Shown here piece after piece: positions 51,412 through 63,914 of a stretch of DNA of 64,000 nt. Under the pieces are notes generated by a model that saw only the letters and a program-made list of their open reading frames with translations, was not told the origin of the DNA and made no database searches. A program made the position numbers and the translations under genes. Within the stretch, counting starts at the first letter, position 1; each line of letters begins with the position of its first letter. This DNA is from Camelus dromedarius (Eukaryota): the NCBI RefSeq assembly GCF_036321535.1, contig NC_087437.1, positions 111,912,001 through 111,976,000 of the forward strand. Reading direction: 5' to 3'.

Positions 51412-51604
51412 CTGTGTAGCACAGGGAACTATATTCAATGTCTTATAATAACCTATAATGGAAAAGATCTGAAAAAGAATATATATATATATATATTAAC
51501 ACTGTTGATTTACAATGTTTCAGGTGTACAGCAAAGTGACTCAGTTATATATATCACTTTGCTGTACACCTGAAACATTGTAAATGAACTATACTTCAAT
51601 AAAT
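51412..51604 (+). mobile_element. Short L1 3' end containing an internal fold-back inversion
   Basis: gtagcacagggaactatattcaatg...gaaaaagaat(AT)n...cactttgctgtacacctgaaac...tatacttcaataaa; inverted copy at 51504-51539. Confidence 0.88.
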
Positions 51605-51608
51605 GCAA

Positions 51609-51762
51609 GGGGTAGGGTATAGGTCAGTGATAGTATGTGCTTAGCATGCACGAGGTCCTGGGTTCAATCCCCAGTACCTCCATTTCAAAAATAAATAAAT
51701 CGTTAACCCTAATTACCCTCCCCCCAAAATAAATTTTAAAAATATTTGAAAAAATAAAATTT
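51609..51762 (+). mobile_element. tRNA-derived SINE (Vic-1-like) in an L1 tail
   Basis: ggggtagggtataggtcagtg...gcttagcatgcacgaggtcctgggttcaatccccagtacctcc plus AT-rich tail. Confidence 0.9.
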
Positions 51763-52709
51763 AAAAAAGTAAACTAGGGAATAATGATTCTCATTGGGGT
51801 AGAAAATGGTTGAACTTGATTCTAAATTCAAGTCAAGGCGAGAGTTTCCAGCCTTGGGGATGGCCTCCCCACGCTCTGGGTCCCTGGTGGATCTCTAATA
51901 AGTTGGCAGTTCGGCAAGGAGACACTTGCTGCAATCAGCTTCCTTAACTTAAAAGCCCCAATCACTAAAGTTAATTGTGTCTGCACCCCCTTGGCCTCCC
52001 CACTTCTGGTGGGTTTCTCACCTTTTCCAGCTATGCCATAAGAGGCATTTTGCTAGGCCCTTCCCAGCAAGGAATAAAATTGCAAACAGACTGGCAGTGT
52101 CCTTTTGTTTTGTTTTGTTTTGTTTTGTTTCTAAGGAAGGACTGCTTATGGCTAAGCCCTGTGACAACCAAGAGTATTAAATTGCAGCTACTGCCGCTGT
52201 GGCTCCAAGGGGAAGCAAGTGGGCTGGGTAATCTCGTCCGAGAAATTGACATCAGATTTGGGTAAAAATGCTGGGTGACTCTAGGCAACATGTCAACCAA
52301 CAGTTCTTTTTATTAATCCCAGAATCCTGGTATTTCTTTACAGAAAAGGAAAACTGCAATTCTCAGCAGCTCTTTCTGGTCCACCAAGGTAGAGACAAAG
52401 TCCATATTAATCTATGTAAACAAAACTGATGCTTCTGAAAAATTCAAGGGTTTGGGGGCAGGACACACATGCCTGCAGGGCATCAGGCATCTTGTGATGT
52501 AAGGATGAAAGCCACATGCTGAGGGTGGTTGGTCAAGATGACAGCAGAGCCTGCCTCCTCAAAGATGCTGCTGGTCTACCTGCCTTGGGTCTTCTTGTTC
52601 CATGAGAAAAATCAACACTTACCTTTTTAAGCTGTAGTCAAGATTTCTGTCACTCAGTGCAAAACCCATTTCTTACTGAAAAAGATTCTTTCATAAGCAG
52701 GTAACTGAG

Positions 52710-53185
52710 AGGTGGATATTGCATATTATGTATTTTTAAAAGCATCAGAGATGGAATATGGCAATCTCATTTGCACTCCTTCCCCTGTCCACGTACCCAT
52801 GCCCTTTGCCGTGACACCTGGCCATTCCTCTCACTCGTGGCAGCACCAAGTGTTTTTCCAGCTCATTGGTATGGGCTTGGCCACGGACTTGCTTGGGTCA
52901 TGGAATGCTGGTGGATTGTAAATGAGCAGAGGCTTTAAATGTGGTTGTGGGTGAGGCTAAGACGGTGCCCCTGAGCTGCTGTACTGGAGAGATGAGAGAC
53001 AAAGGGGATACACCTGACCCAACCTGCAGCTGGGAGCCCGTCCTACTGCCCCCGCCTGAAGAAGAGCCACCCAGCAGAGCCCAGCCTAGATCAGCCAAAC
53101 CTCAGACAACCTGCCCACATGAGCACAAGAGTGACTGTGTGTGGTAAGCCACTGAGTTCTGGGGTGTTTTGTTTTGCAGTAATAC
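52710..53185. mobile_element. Old MaLR LTR (MLT1-family)
   Basis: agagcccagcctagatcagccaaac...taagccactgagttctggggtgtttttgttttgcagtaata. Confidence 0.65.
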
Positions 53186-53655
53186 TGAGGATGATCAAGT
53201 TATAGTAAACCTACAGTTTTGTAGCCTAATCTTTCAGTTGGTAATACATTGTAAACATAAATATGCTTTTACACCTTGTGTTTTCAAGGTTGCCTAGTAT
53301 TCCATAGTATAGAACATCCTAATTCTTTCCATCACTTCCCTATAATTGGACAGACAGTTCCAATTGTTTTTTAGGGTTTTGTTAATAGAAATAAAACTGC
53401 TACAAACATCCTTGTGTAACTCTCTATGCATGTTCTTATGTCTTCTGGAATAAATCTTTAAAGAATAAATTCCTGGAAGTGGAATTGCTAAGTCAGAGCA
53501 GATGCACATTTTAAGGCTTTTCATGTATATTATCACATGGCCCTTCAGAAAGATTGGAACAATTCATGTTTCTACCAGCAAGGAATAAAAGTATTCATTT
53601 CCCTAAATCTTTCCAGGATTAGATACTATGATGCTTATCATTTTTGTACCAAGTT

Positions 53656-53779
53656 TGTTTTTTTGACGGGGGGGTGGTAATTAGATTTATTTATTTTTAG
53701 AGGAGGTGCTGGGGATTGAACCCAGGACCTCATGCATGTTAAGCATGTGCTCTACCACTTGAACTATATTCTGCCCCCC
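53656..53779 (-). mobile_element. tRNA-derived SINE (Vic-1-like) inside an old L1 (about 53280-53860)
   Basis: ggggattgaacccaggacctcatgcatgttaagcatgtgctctaccacttgaactata; TSD TACCAAGT at 53647-53654 and 53780-53787. Confidence 0.9.
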
Positions 53780-53919
53780 TACCAAGTCTTGATAGTGGGA
53801 TGATAGTGACTTTTTGTTTTTTAGTGTTTTATGCATCTTTTTCTTATTATAAAGGAAATGCAGGTTAATAATGGAAACATGGGTTTGTGAAAAGAATAAG
53901 TTCAAATCCCCCAAAATGT

Positions 53920-54365
53920 TCTGTGGTGCTGGGGTCCCTGATTTCTAGGCCACGTGGCTGCCAACACTGAACACTATATTTCCCAGCCTGTCTCGTAGTT
54001 TGATGTGGCCATGTGACTAATTTCTGGCTAATGAGACACCAGCTGATGTGGCAAGTTTCCAGGAGCTTTCCTTGAAGAAAGCAAACATGCTCTTCTCCTT
54101 CTCTTTTGTCCTTCCTCATGACTGGAATGTGATTGTGTTGGCCGGAGTTCTAGCAGCCATCTTGGGACAATAGGATGACTCAGGGGGCATCCAAAGTGGA
54201 GTAACAAGGAGGAAAATGTCCCTGACACTGTGAAGCATCACTCTGCTCTAGAATGTCTGCCTCTAGACATCTTCATTTTGCAACAGAAATACCCTATCTT
54301 ATTTAGTTTCCTGTTATTTCATATTTTTTCTATAACTTACAGCTGAACTTAATTCTAATTAGTAC
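53920..54365. mobile_element. Old MaLR LTR (MLT1I/J-like)
   Basis: atttcccagcctgtctcgtagtttgatgtggccatgtgactaatttctggc...gcagccatcttg...cagctgaacttaattctaa. Confidence 0.7.
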
Positions 54366-55204
54366 AGTATACTATTTGCACCTGCCTTCCACACTCCAGA
54401 ATGTTCTAGTTACTGAGATCTGCTATGCTGTGATGGGTTGGGGCTACATTCTGGAAGGGATGAACTTGGTGAGGAGCAGAGGAGGTGTGGGAGGAGTGGG
54501 GGCAAGAGGGCAAGAAATAAAGGTGGAAATGGGCTAAGCTCTGGAAGGGGCTGGACCTAGGCTTCATCTTTTTCTGCAGGCTTGCTTGAGTTTGGCCTGG
54601 AGTCTGACCAGTGTCCACCAACAGCCAGGCTCCTCACATGTTTTACCCACCATATTCTGTGCCCAAACATACCTCTGACATCTTGGCAGCTGAGGCTGGA
54701 TCCACCTACTTGACCAGGCCTGGCAGCCCTGATAACCTCAGCCCTGTTAACAAGCCGTGGAGGTAATAGGAAATGTGCTTGTGGCTCTTCTTCATGGTTA
54801 AGGGCTGTGGGTGAAGAGAGCTAAGATGATTTGGAAGGTGGTGGTACTAGGTGTAATCAATTTTGAAAATCCATAGTGACCTGCAAATCCAAATATGGAT
54901 AAAACCTAGTGGGTTAAGCCTCAGCAAACCGTGATGTAGGGAGAGCACACCTTCCACACCTTCCTGACCTTCAGCTTAGACTCTGTCCCCAAATCCCTGA
55001 GGTTCCTGGGGCCCTTAGGTTAACTCTTGGGTATCTATAGCCCCGTGGCAACACGGCCTCTGATGTGCCCTCTGCCTGCACCAAACCCTCCTCTGGTTCA
55101 TCCAGGCTTCCCATCTGACACATTTTCCATTCCTTTTAAATGTGGTTCTTTCCTCAGTAATAACAGCGCAGGTGCTCATACTCACCACCTGGTTGAAGTG
55201 TTGG

Positions 55205-55720
55205 CGTATTTGTTTCCGAGGGCTGACGTCACAATGTACCACAAACTAGGTGACTTAAGCAACAGAAATGTATTCTCTCATAGTGTTGGAGGCTAGAAGT
55301 CTGTGCTCAAGGTTGGCAGGGTTGGTTCCTTCTGAGGGCTGTGAGGGAGCACCTGCTCTGGGCTGTTCTGCTAGATTCTGGTGGTTGGTCATCCAGCTTT
55401 GGTGTCCTAGACTTGTGGACCCATCATCCCAGTCCTCCACCCGCACATGGCATCCCCGCTGTGTCTCTGCACGTAGTCTCCCCTCTGCACGTGTCTCTGT
55501 GTGTGTGTGTATGAGTGTGTGTGTGTGTGTGTGTGTGTGTTTGTGTGTGTGTGTCTCAATTCCCCCTTTTTATAAGGACATCAGTCATGTTGGATTAAGA
55601 CCCAACCTAATGATTCTATTTTAACTTAATTTGCTGTTTCCAAACAAGGTCACATCCTGAGGTGCTAGGGGTTAAAACTTCAACATAACTTTGTGGGGAG
55701 ACACAATTCAACCCACAACG
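55205..55720. mobile_element. MaLR solo LTR (MLT1A-C-like) with (TG)n at 55497-55553
   Basis: gtaccacaaactaggtgacttaagcaacagaaatgtattctctcatagt...ggttggcagggttggttccttctgaggg...acacaattcaacccacaac. Confidence 0.88.
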
Positions 55721-57171
55721 GTTGGTCAACAGAGTGATGCAGTTACATTTTAACAGAGGCGTGTGGATCTCCACTGGGGGCAGAATCTGAGCTATCTAAA
55801 TGCAGTAAATGCAGGGAGAATCTGTTCCCCCATCCCTGTCTTCAGCCTGTGGCGCATACCTCTGTCACCCCTCCCAGGAGCTGTTTTCTCTATTATGGGA
55901 CAAAGCCAGACATCAAAGCCGCAAGGAAGTTCAGAGATTCATACTCCCTCGTCTCTGCACAAACCTCATGAAAACAGTGCTTTAATTTTGCTTCTAAAGA
56001 GTATAGCCCAAAGCAGGACGAGTATGTCTACGGAGAAGGCTGTGGACCTGCAGCCAGTGGGCAGTGGCCATTGCTTTTCAACCAGAGAAGAGGCTGGTGA
56101 TAAATGTTAACAGCATAGAAAATGTTCCAGAAATCAGGCCAGCAAAACTTCAGCAGGAGTGTCATGTGCAGCTTCTCATAAATGCTTCTCGTTGTTAATC
56201 CCAGTTTTAATTTCTAGCCTTATTAAAGACTTAAGGCTTTATCTCCATTTCTCCCCGTCTGGAAGACCAGATGCATGTAATGATCTGTATTTCTGTCATT
56301 TTCCCGGTGGTCACAGTGTCTGTGCTGCTTAATCTTTTTTATTTCCACGTGGATTAATGAGCACTGGGTGATTCCGTCTTTGTCTCCCTGACGAGTCCCA
56401 GAGACAAGATCTGAGGATTCTGCATTGTTTGTCGGAGCTAGATTTTTACCATGAAGACAAATACCACAGCGTAGGGGGCCAAATACTGGGCACCAGCTTT
56501 TCTGAAATGGGTTGGGACAGAATCCAGTGTCCCCATGTTAATGTCTTCTTAGGATCATGTTTATGTTCCACCCATGGACCTTGTCTGGACACCTGTTGCA
56601 ATGACGAAGCCAAAGGACCCACCAACTAACAGGGAAAGAACAATGATCATAGCAGTAGCGTCTTAGAGCCAAAATTAACCTCAGAGATGATTTAATCCAG
56701 GCTGCCTTTAAAGGAAGGAAACAGAACAGAACAAAACATCGGAGAGGCTGTGTAATTTTCTAAAGGACACACCACCATGAGTTTATGAAAGAGAAGATTC
56801 AGTCTTAATCTAACACTCCCATTGATCATAGCCTAATGACTTACTCACAACCAAGGGTGAATACTTGTTTTTCATCAGCTTTAAGAACATGTGCAAAGTT
56901 GGGGGATTGAAATTTCCAGTATCTGCCAGGGACACATTCTTATGCTGTGAGAAGAGCAGCAATCTAATGAATATATACTTTCCCTAACAAAGTATCTTCC
57001 CTAATGCAATATTGTAAATCAACTATACTTCAATTTAAAAAAGAAAAAAATAGTATCCTTCTTTCCTATCAAAAAAAAAAAAATCTACTTGAAGACATTC
57101 CAAAGAGTGTAAATCATATGTGACCTATTTTTTTAGAGAGGACTTCAAGCATTTGAACAGGGAAGTAGCAA

Positions 57172-57540
57172 AGGCATTACTCACTTATATATGGAACCTT
57201 AAAAAATGACACAAATGAAATTATTTACAAAACAGAAACAGACACACAGACATAGAAAATAAACTTATGGTTACCAGGAGGGAAAGGGACGGAGGTGGAA
57301 AGATAAATTGGGAGTTTGGGATATGCAGATACTAACTACTCGATATAACACAGATAAACAACAAAGTCCTACTGTATGGCACAGGGAATTATATTCAGTA
57401 CCTTGTAACCCATAATGAAAAAGAATATGAAAAGAAATATATATATGTATGTATAACTGAATCACTATCCTCTATACCAGAAATTAACACAACACTGTAA
57501 AATGACCCTACTTCAATACAAATAAGTAAATAATTAAACT
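57172..57540 (+). mobile_element. L1 3' end
   Basis: cacttatatatggaacc...cagacatagaaaataaacttatggttacca...gtataactgaatcac...tacttcaata. Confidence 0.9.
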
Positions 57541-58174
57541 TAGAAGAAGAAAAAATAAAGTACACCCTTTAGTAAGGGACGGGGTACATGCACATTTTCG
57601 GAATTAAAAGAAATAATATTTTAAGAGCTTTATTCTGGTTACTTATGATGCATTGGCCATAATTTAAAGTATTTGGGATTTAGATGAAGCCGCTACTCTT
57701 CTTGCTCCCCTAAGTTACTGAGGGATGGTAGTATTGCCGTGGGTAGTACAGAGTTTCTAGGAGAAAGTTGGCGTTCACCTGTGCATGGAGCTGATGGTGT
57801 CTACAGGGAATTTCTCTCAGGACAAAAAGGATGGCATTGAAAAGGAAGTTGGAATTTGATGAATAGAAAACGAATGTGATATAGAAAATAAATGCTAGTA
57901 TGTAGAGTTCCAAATAGAACATTTTACAAATAAGAAAGAGTTTGGTTCAGTGAGCACAGCTGGGAAGCCAAGCTTTCACTGGCTGGTTTGTCTTTCTTGA
58001 GTCAGAGTAAGAAGGTGGAATGCTGGGGTGAAAAGGAGGGGCAGAAATGCACGGGTCAGACCTGGCTATGGAGGGTTGGAGTAGCAGCAGTGTTGAAAGC
58101 TTACGGAGGGTTGTGTGTTGGAAGGTATGTGATGACTTTAGCTTTAGAGTTGACTGTTTCACACAGCTGGAGCC

Positions 58175-58440
58175 AGGTGGCCAAGCACATGAGCCTCAGC
58201 ATCAGATAAATCTGCTTCGAATCATACCCCATTCTACTACACGTATAGCGTTGGACAAATCACTCAACTTCTCTAAGTCTCAGTTTTCTCATCTATAAAA
58301 TGGGACTAATCCTACACAACTTGTAGAGTCATAAGATTTCACAGGGTAACAGATGTGAAGCACTCTGTACTGTGCCTGGCACACAGTCATTGCTCAGTAA
58401 CTGATGCAATAACTGATGTGTTTATCACTATTACTAATAA
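58175..58440 (+). mobile_element. MIR SINE
   Basis: ttggacaaatcactcaacttctctaagtctcagttttctcatctataaaatggg...gtgcctggcacacagt. Confidence 0.82.
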
Positions 58441-59145
58441 GAACAAACATTCTTTAAAATTGATTTTAAATGAATGGAATAATTATCACAATACTTGCTT
58501 ATTTCAAAAGCTCTCATTATGGGTTTTATTGGTGGGCTATTTGTCCCTCCTAGGGAGTCAGGGACACTTCCTACCTACCATGGAGCACCGCAGCCCTCAT
58601 ATTTTGTTCTCCCTCCCAACCAGAGGGACTTCCATTCCAGGCTGCCTTCCCCCTAAATGACAGACTCATACACACAGCAATCCACTTCTTGGAACTATTT
58701 GGAAGTTTACCATCATAGTTTTGATATAACAGAGCAGGCTATTGTGGTTTCTTAAATGAAATATCATGTGACTCAAAGGAAACAATGGAAATCCACAGAC
58801 AGTATAGCCTTACTCACCTCCGTGTAGTCAGATAGTGACTGTAGGATGACATCCTGCCCTTATGCATGCACAAGAAGGAGGAAGCAAAAGACTTGGGACA
58901 TGTGCAAAGGAGAAGAGCTGGGGTGCTCAGGGGGAGCAGAAGCTGTGTTCCCAGAGACACAGCTGAAAGGAGTGGGATGAAAAATTGTGGGAAGAAAAGA
59001 CGCAAGAGCACACAATAGTATCTCCTAATATTTGAAAGGCTGTCATGGGGACAGTAGGTTTGATACTAATGACTTCTCAAGAGAGAGATTTGGGGTTTGT
59101 TACAAAAAAAGAACTGTCCAAAGATGGAGTCAGTTGCTTCAGAAA

Positions 59146-59541
59146 TGTATTAGTTAGGGTTCTCCAGAGAAACAGAACCAATAGGATCTCTGTAAATCTG
59201 TATCTGTGTATATGAGACTCATTATAAGGAGTTGGCCTACACAAGCATGGGGGCTGAGAAGAACAAGATCTGCAGTTGGCAAGCTGGAGACCCAGGTGTA
59301 AGCTCCGATCCCAGAGCAGGAAGAGAGAGAAAATTCAACCTTCCTCAGCCTTTTTGTTCTACTTTGGTCCTCAAAGGGTTGGACGGTGCCCACCCACAAT
59401 GGGAGGGTAAAATCGGCTTTACTCAGTTCACCAATTCAAATGCTAATCTCTTCCAGAAACCCCCGCACAGACATACCCAGAAATAGTGTTTAACCAGTAT
59501 CCCATTGTTCAATCAAGTTGACACGTTAAATTAACCATCAC
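59146..59541. mobile_element. MLT2-type ERVL solo LTR
   Basis: tgtattagttagggttctccagagaaacagaaccaatagga...caagttgacacgttaaattaaccatcac, the typical MLT2 ends. Confidence 0.88.
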
Positions 59542-59598
59542 TAGAGGGTTGTGGAGTGAGTTTCCTGTTCCTGGAAGTACAGAAGTCTTGATGACATG

Positions 59599-59690
59599 GT
59601 TTGTTTGTTTGTTTGTTTCTTCCTTCCTTCCTTCCTTCCTTCCTTCCTCCCTTCCTTCCTTCCCCCTTCCTTCCTTCCTTCCTTTCTTTC

Positions 59691-59780
<90 letters not shown>

Positions 59781-59915
59781 TTCCTTCCTTCCTTCCTTCC
59801 TTCCTTCCTTCCTTCCTTCCTTCCTTTCTTTCTTTCTTTCTTTCTTCCTTTCTTCCTTTCTTCCTTCCTTCCTTCCTTCCTTTCTTCCTTTCTTCCTTTC
59901 TTCCTTTCCTTCTTT
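59599..59915. repeat. Compound polypyrimidine microsatellite (TTTG)(TTCC)n(TTTC)n(TTCC)n
   Basis: Directly visible; forms the expanded tail of the adjacent SINE. Confidence 0.97.
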
Positions 59916-60028
59916 TAATTAAAAAAAATTGGAGGGGAGGTAATTAGGGTTTGTTTGTTTATTTATTTATTTTAATGATAATGGGCATGCTAAGCACTTA
60001 CTCTACCACTGAGCTATACCCTCCCTCT
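59916..60028 (-). mobile_element. tRNA-derived SINE (Vic-1-like) lacking the B-box segment
   Basis: gcatgctaagcacttactctaccactgagctataccctccc and ggaggggaggtaattagg are present; ggggattgaacccaggacc is absent. TSD-like ATGAC(AT/TC)GGTTT at 59591-59602 and 60029-60040. Confidence 0.85.
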
Positions 60029-60199
60029 ATGACTCGGTTTCTTGACTGGACTGAGAGGGAGGGAAGGAAGGCATTATTAGATGGGAAGTCTAGATGGCCC
60101 ATGAGTCCTTTTTTATCCTGTGTGGATAGCTGCCTCTGTCTCTGCCTCTTACCTAACCCACCACCATAATTCCCCCTCTGTATGGAAATTCAAGCCCCC

Positions 60200-60590
60200 C
60201 TGTATGAGTTTTCTGGGGCTGCCATAAAAACTGTACTATAGACTTGTTGGCTAAAAACAACAGAAATTTATTGTCCTATAGTTCTGGAGGCCAGAAGTCT
60301 GAAATCAGCTGTTGACAGGGCCACATCCTCCAAAGCCTCTGGGGGAAACCTCCCTTGCCTCTTCCAGCTCCTGGTGCCTTCAACATTTCTTAGTTTGTAG
60401 TAACATAACTTCAGTCTGCCTCCATCATTACAATACCATCTTCTCCACATCTTCTCCTCTTCCTATCAGGACAAGAGTCACTGGATTTAGGGACCACCCT
60501 AAATCCAATATGGTATCTTGAGATCCATAACTATATTCTGAGGATCTGAGTGGAGATGAATTTGGGAGGACTCTATTCAACCCATTCCAC
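60200..60590. mobile_element. MaLR solo LTR (MLT1-family)
   Basis: ggggctgccataaaaa...aacaacagaaatttattgtcctatagttctggaggccagaagtctgaaatca...ctattcaaccca. Confidence 0.85.
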
Positions 60591-60649
60591 CCTCATTTTG
60601 GGTTATTCCCTTTGTCCTTGAGTCAGAACTCTCTGGTAAAGGATGTTGT

Positions 60650-60915
60650 TGCTATTTATTTTCCTAGTAATTAATAAGGAACATTTTGCCAAACATAAAC
60701 CACCTCTGCCCTAAAGATGCAAACTTCTCCTTCACGTTGTCTTTAAAAACCTTTTCCTGAAAGCCATTGGGAAGTTTGGGTCTTCTGAGCATGAGCCACC
60801 CGTACTCCTTGCTTGGCCTTGCAATAAACGCTGTGCTTTCCTTCACCATAATCTGGTGTCAGTAGAATGGCTCTACTACATGTGGGTGAATGGACCCAAG
60901 TTTGGTTTGGTAACA
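60650..60915 (+). mobile_element. ERV LTR (3' part)
   Basis: tttaaaaaccttttcctgaaagccattggg, AATAAA in ccttgcaataaacgctg, terminal ...tggacccaagtttggtttggtaaCA; 5' boundary uncertain. Confidence 0.75.
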
Positions 60916-61764
60916 GAGGGCTGACTAAAAACACTCCCAGAAAAAAATGCTGTTTGAGCCATGCTGGGAAGATATGCTGACACCAAGTCTTTTTCATTTG
61001 CAAATTTTAGTATTCTTCCTTGTTTGGACTCAGGATTTGATAAGCATCTTTCATAAAAAACACTTTTTCTATCTCTGTATCCAACATTTGCTCTCATTTT
61101 CAGAGAAAATTTTAACGACTCCTTCTCTCACAGGGAAGTGGCTGCTCTTTTTGTAGAAGTTTAACTAATGGCTTCTCAGCAAGATCAAAGCAGACAGGTC
61201 ACCACAGTCATCCAGAAGTCTCACTCCCAGATAGAGCCGAAGGAGTGACAACAGAGGGGAGGATGAGTGAGGGCAGGTGGCCAGCTGGCTGTGTGCCTGT
61301 TCTCAGCCTGTTTGCTTGTTAGTTCCTGGAAAAGTGTGGGATTTCACAGCCTGATCTGAGGAACAAACCCACGTGTGCCAAACACCCTGAGACAAAAAGG
61401 TTGATGATGGGTCGTGAGGCAGTTGGTGCTAATCAGACTTTCTAAATCTGTACTTTTCCGCTTCATCCTCGACAGTAAAAGTGGGTTGCTGCCTGAATTC
61501 CTTGGTTGAACAGCATGCAGGAAACCAGATCATCAGGCACTCACGGGCCCATGACAGTGTGGTCTGTCTCAACAAAAATTATCTGCAGTCACTTGGGAGC
61601 AGGCATTAGGGTAGAGGGGGAAACTAAAATATTAACCAGACCAACCCATTCCAAAGCTATTGGCTGCTAGAGGAAGGAAGTAGAGGCCCATGTGAAGGGG
61701 GAGAAAATTGCCTTTTTGCTACATAATACCAAGGCAAATGCAACACACAACACACATAGCATCC

Positions 61765-62055
61765 TCATTCATTCACCAAACATTAATTGAGGACCAAATA
61801 TATGCCAAAGACTGTTGGAGGGGGTTCTGGGGTGAGTAGAAAGAATCAAATGATGAAAGGGGATCTTACACTCTCAGGAGGTAATCAACATGTGAGCTAA
61901 TAATTAGGATACAGTGGGATAAGTATCTTAAAGTATCCAAAAGTAACTAAAAGAAGGGAAGCCAATCAGGATGGGCTTCACAGAGGAGGTGACATTTGAA
62001 AGAGGTCCAGAGAGATGAATGCACTTTGCCAGGTGCAGAAGAAGAAAGGCTATTT
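61765..62055 (-). mobile_element. L2 3' region
   Basis: ctcattcattcaccaaacattaattgag...ggcttcacagaggaggtgacatttga. Confidence 0.75.
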
Positions 62056-62419
62056 TAGACAGAGCAAGTAGTAAGAGGTGAGAAAGGGTAGTGAGTTTTT
62101 GCATCTGGCGAATTGGTGAGTAATCCAGTAAAAGGAGACCTGATGGTAACTGATGTGTACCTGAGGAATCATGAGGAACGTCTGCATGGTTGGATTGGAG
62201 TCAGGCTGCATAGGGCCCTTGGCACATACTAGGCACTCAGTTAATATTTGCTCAAAGGTGAAAGAAAGAAGAATAGCAAGCATGTAATGGTAAACATGAT
62301 AATGACAGTAAAAGTAATAGCTATTTACTTGTGGCCTACCCGTTGTTTTACAGATTTACAAGATTTGGGAAAGAAAGAAAGAATTACACAAATTCATCTA
62401 CTTATTACATTGCACAACA

Positions 62420-62420
<1 letters not shown>

Positions 62421-62469
<49 letters not shown>
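62421..62469. repeat. (ATCT)n tetranucleotide microsatellite
   Basis: About 12 perfect units visible. Confidence 0.97.
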
Positions 62470-62470
<1 letters not shown>

Positions 62471-63419
62471 GAATGAAAAAGACAGTAAATGAGTAAAAGA
62501 CAATACAAGAGAACTGTGGGCTTCTCTGACCTTGAGTCCTGTGATGGGATGGCAGTGGGTAAGAGGTCAATGTCAGACCATCTGGCCTTCCCATCCCAGC
62601 ATCTGTTGTGGGCAGTGGTCACTCTGAAGATGGGACCAGACCCCTGTGTGATGCTAAGGGCAACATCTTAGGGGTAAGCTTCCCTCCCTGGGGTCTGGAT
62701 CATGCCCATTCATGGAAGCCTTCCTGCAGGGTAAGGGCACGACCTCAGACAGAATTCGCTGAGCTGGCCAAGTCTGAGCCTTGACCCTTGGGTGAAGAGG
62801 GCATTGAGTTACCTAGCAAAGCATAGTTCCTTTTTCAGAAAACGAGCTGAGTTAAGAGTACATATGTTAACACGGAGAGCTTTAAAGATTTTCGGGGTGA
62901 ACAGCAGCAACAGGCATCTGTATGGGTTTTCTGAGATGATCCTTTCACCTGTTCTGAGGTTCAGATCACTGCCCAGGGCACTGCCTTCTGGCAGGTCAGC
63001 AGCAGGGAGCTGCTTCCAGCAACACAGGGGAAAGTGTGTAATGGATCCTCCATGTCACAGAAACTCTCTCTCTGGAGTAACGGGAGAGGAGATACAAGGA
63101 CTCTCCCTGGGGAGAAGGTGTCACTCACGTGCTTCACGTAGGAGGTGGTTAGCATGCCTGAGAGTAAAGCACCAGCACGCCCTGTCCTCCGTCATAAACA
63201 TTCTGGCCCACCGTCCTCCTGGGAAGCTCCGCATGCATGTCTCTACTCCACTGGCACTGCTGCTGTGCAGGCCTTTTTTGGAGCTCCCCAAACTGCAGAG
63301 CCTGTTTGTAAGTCACAAAAGAAAATAGGTCTCATTAAATCACGTCCCATTTTGGACCCAAATTAAGATGGTGCAGATCAATCTCAACCTTATCCCCCAG
63401 ACCAAGATCAATCACAACA

Positions 63420-63560
63420 ATAGTAAGACCTAAATTCTATTAAGCTCTTATACATGCCAGGTGCTATACACAGCATTATTGAATGCTCTCAGGGGCACTC
63501 AGAAGTATAAATGATTATTATCTCCACTTGACAGGTGAGAAAATAGAGGCACAGACTTGT
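63420..63560 (-). mobile_element. MIR SINE
   Basis: catgccaggtgct...attattatctccacttgacaggtgagaaaatagaggcacag. Confidence 0.7.
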
Positions 63561-63914
63561 AACCACTGATTATAATCGGTGGGATCTTTGCTCTGCAGTG
63601 TGGTTGGGCTCCATGGCTCCGGGATGAATCTTCTGGCCCTCCTAGAGACTCTGAACTACCTAAGAAATCTTTTAGGAGCAGCTTCTCTCCTCAAGTTAGC
63701 TGAAGTGGGTTCTGCTGTTTGCTGCTAAGAATCCCACCAGACTTCTGTGATCCCATCTTCCTGCCTATTTTGATTTTCTCATGTGCCAAATGGGAATTGA
63801 AGTAACGCTCACCTCACAGGGTTTTCATTAGGATGTTACGAGATTTTTAAAGGAAAGATGACTTTGAAAATTCTAATTGTATAAACATCAGTTATTTGAA
63901 TTTAAAAAGCCACA

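Noticed and set aside
55768..55785. Second CTCF-like motif CCACTGGGGGCAG
   Set aside because: Spacing is one base off the core consensus; weak match.
58808..58822. Isolated strong minus-strand donors (also at about 18770 and 55180)
   Set aside because: No convincing paired acceptor or reading frame; expected by chance in 64 kb.
59549..59947. Three overlapping F/L/S/P-rich ORFs
   Set aside because: Stop-free translation of a pyrimidine microsatellite.
62792..63328. Longest ORF in the window (178 aa)
   Set aside because: Non-ATG start, no recognisable domain, no convincing splice context; consistent with chance.
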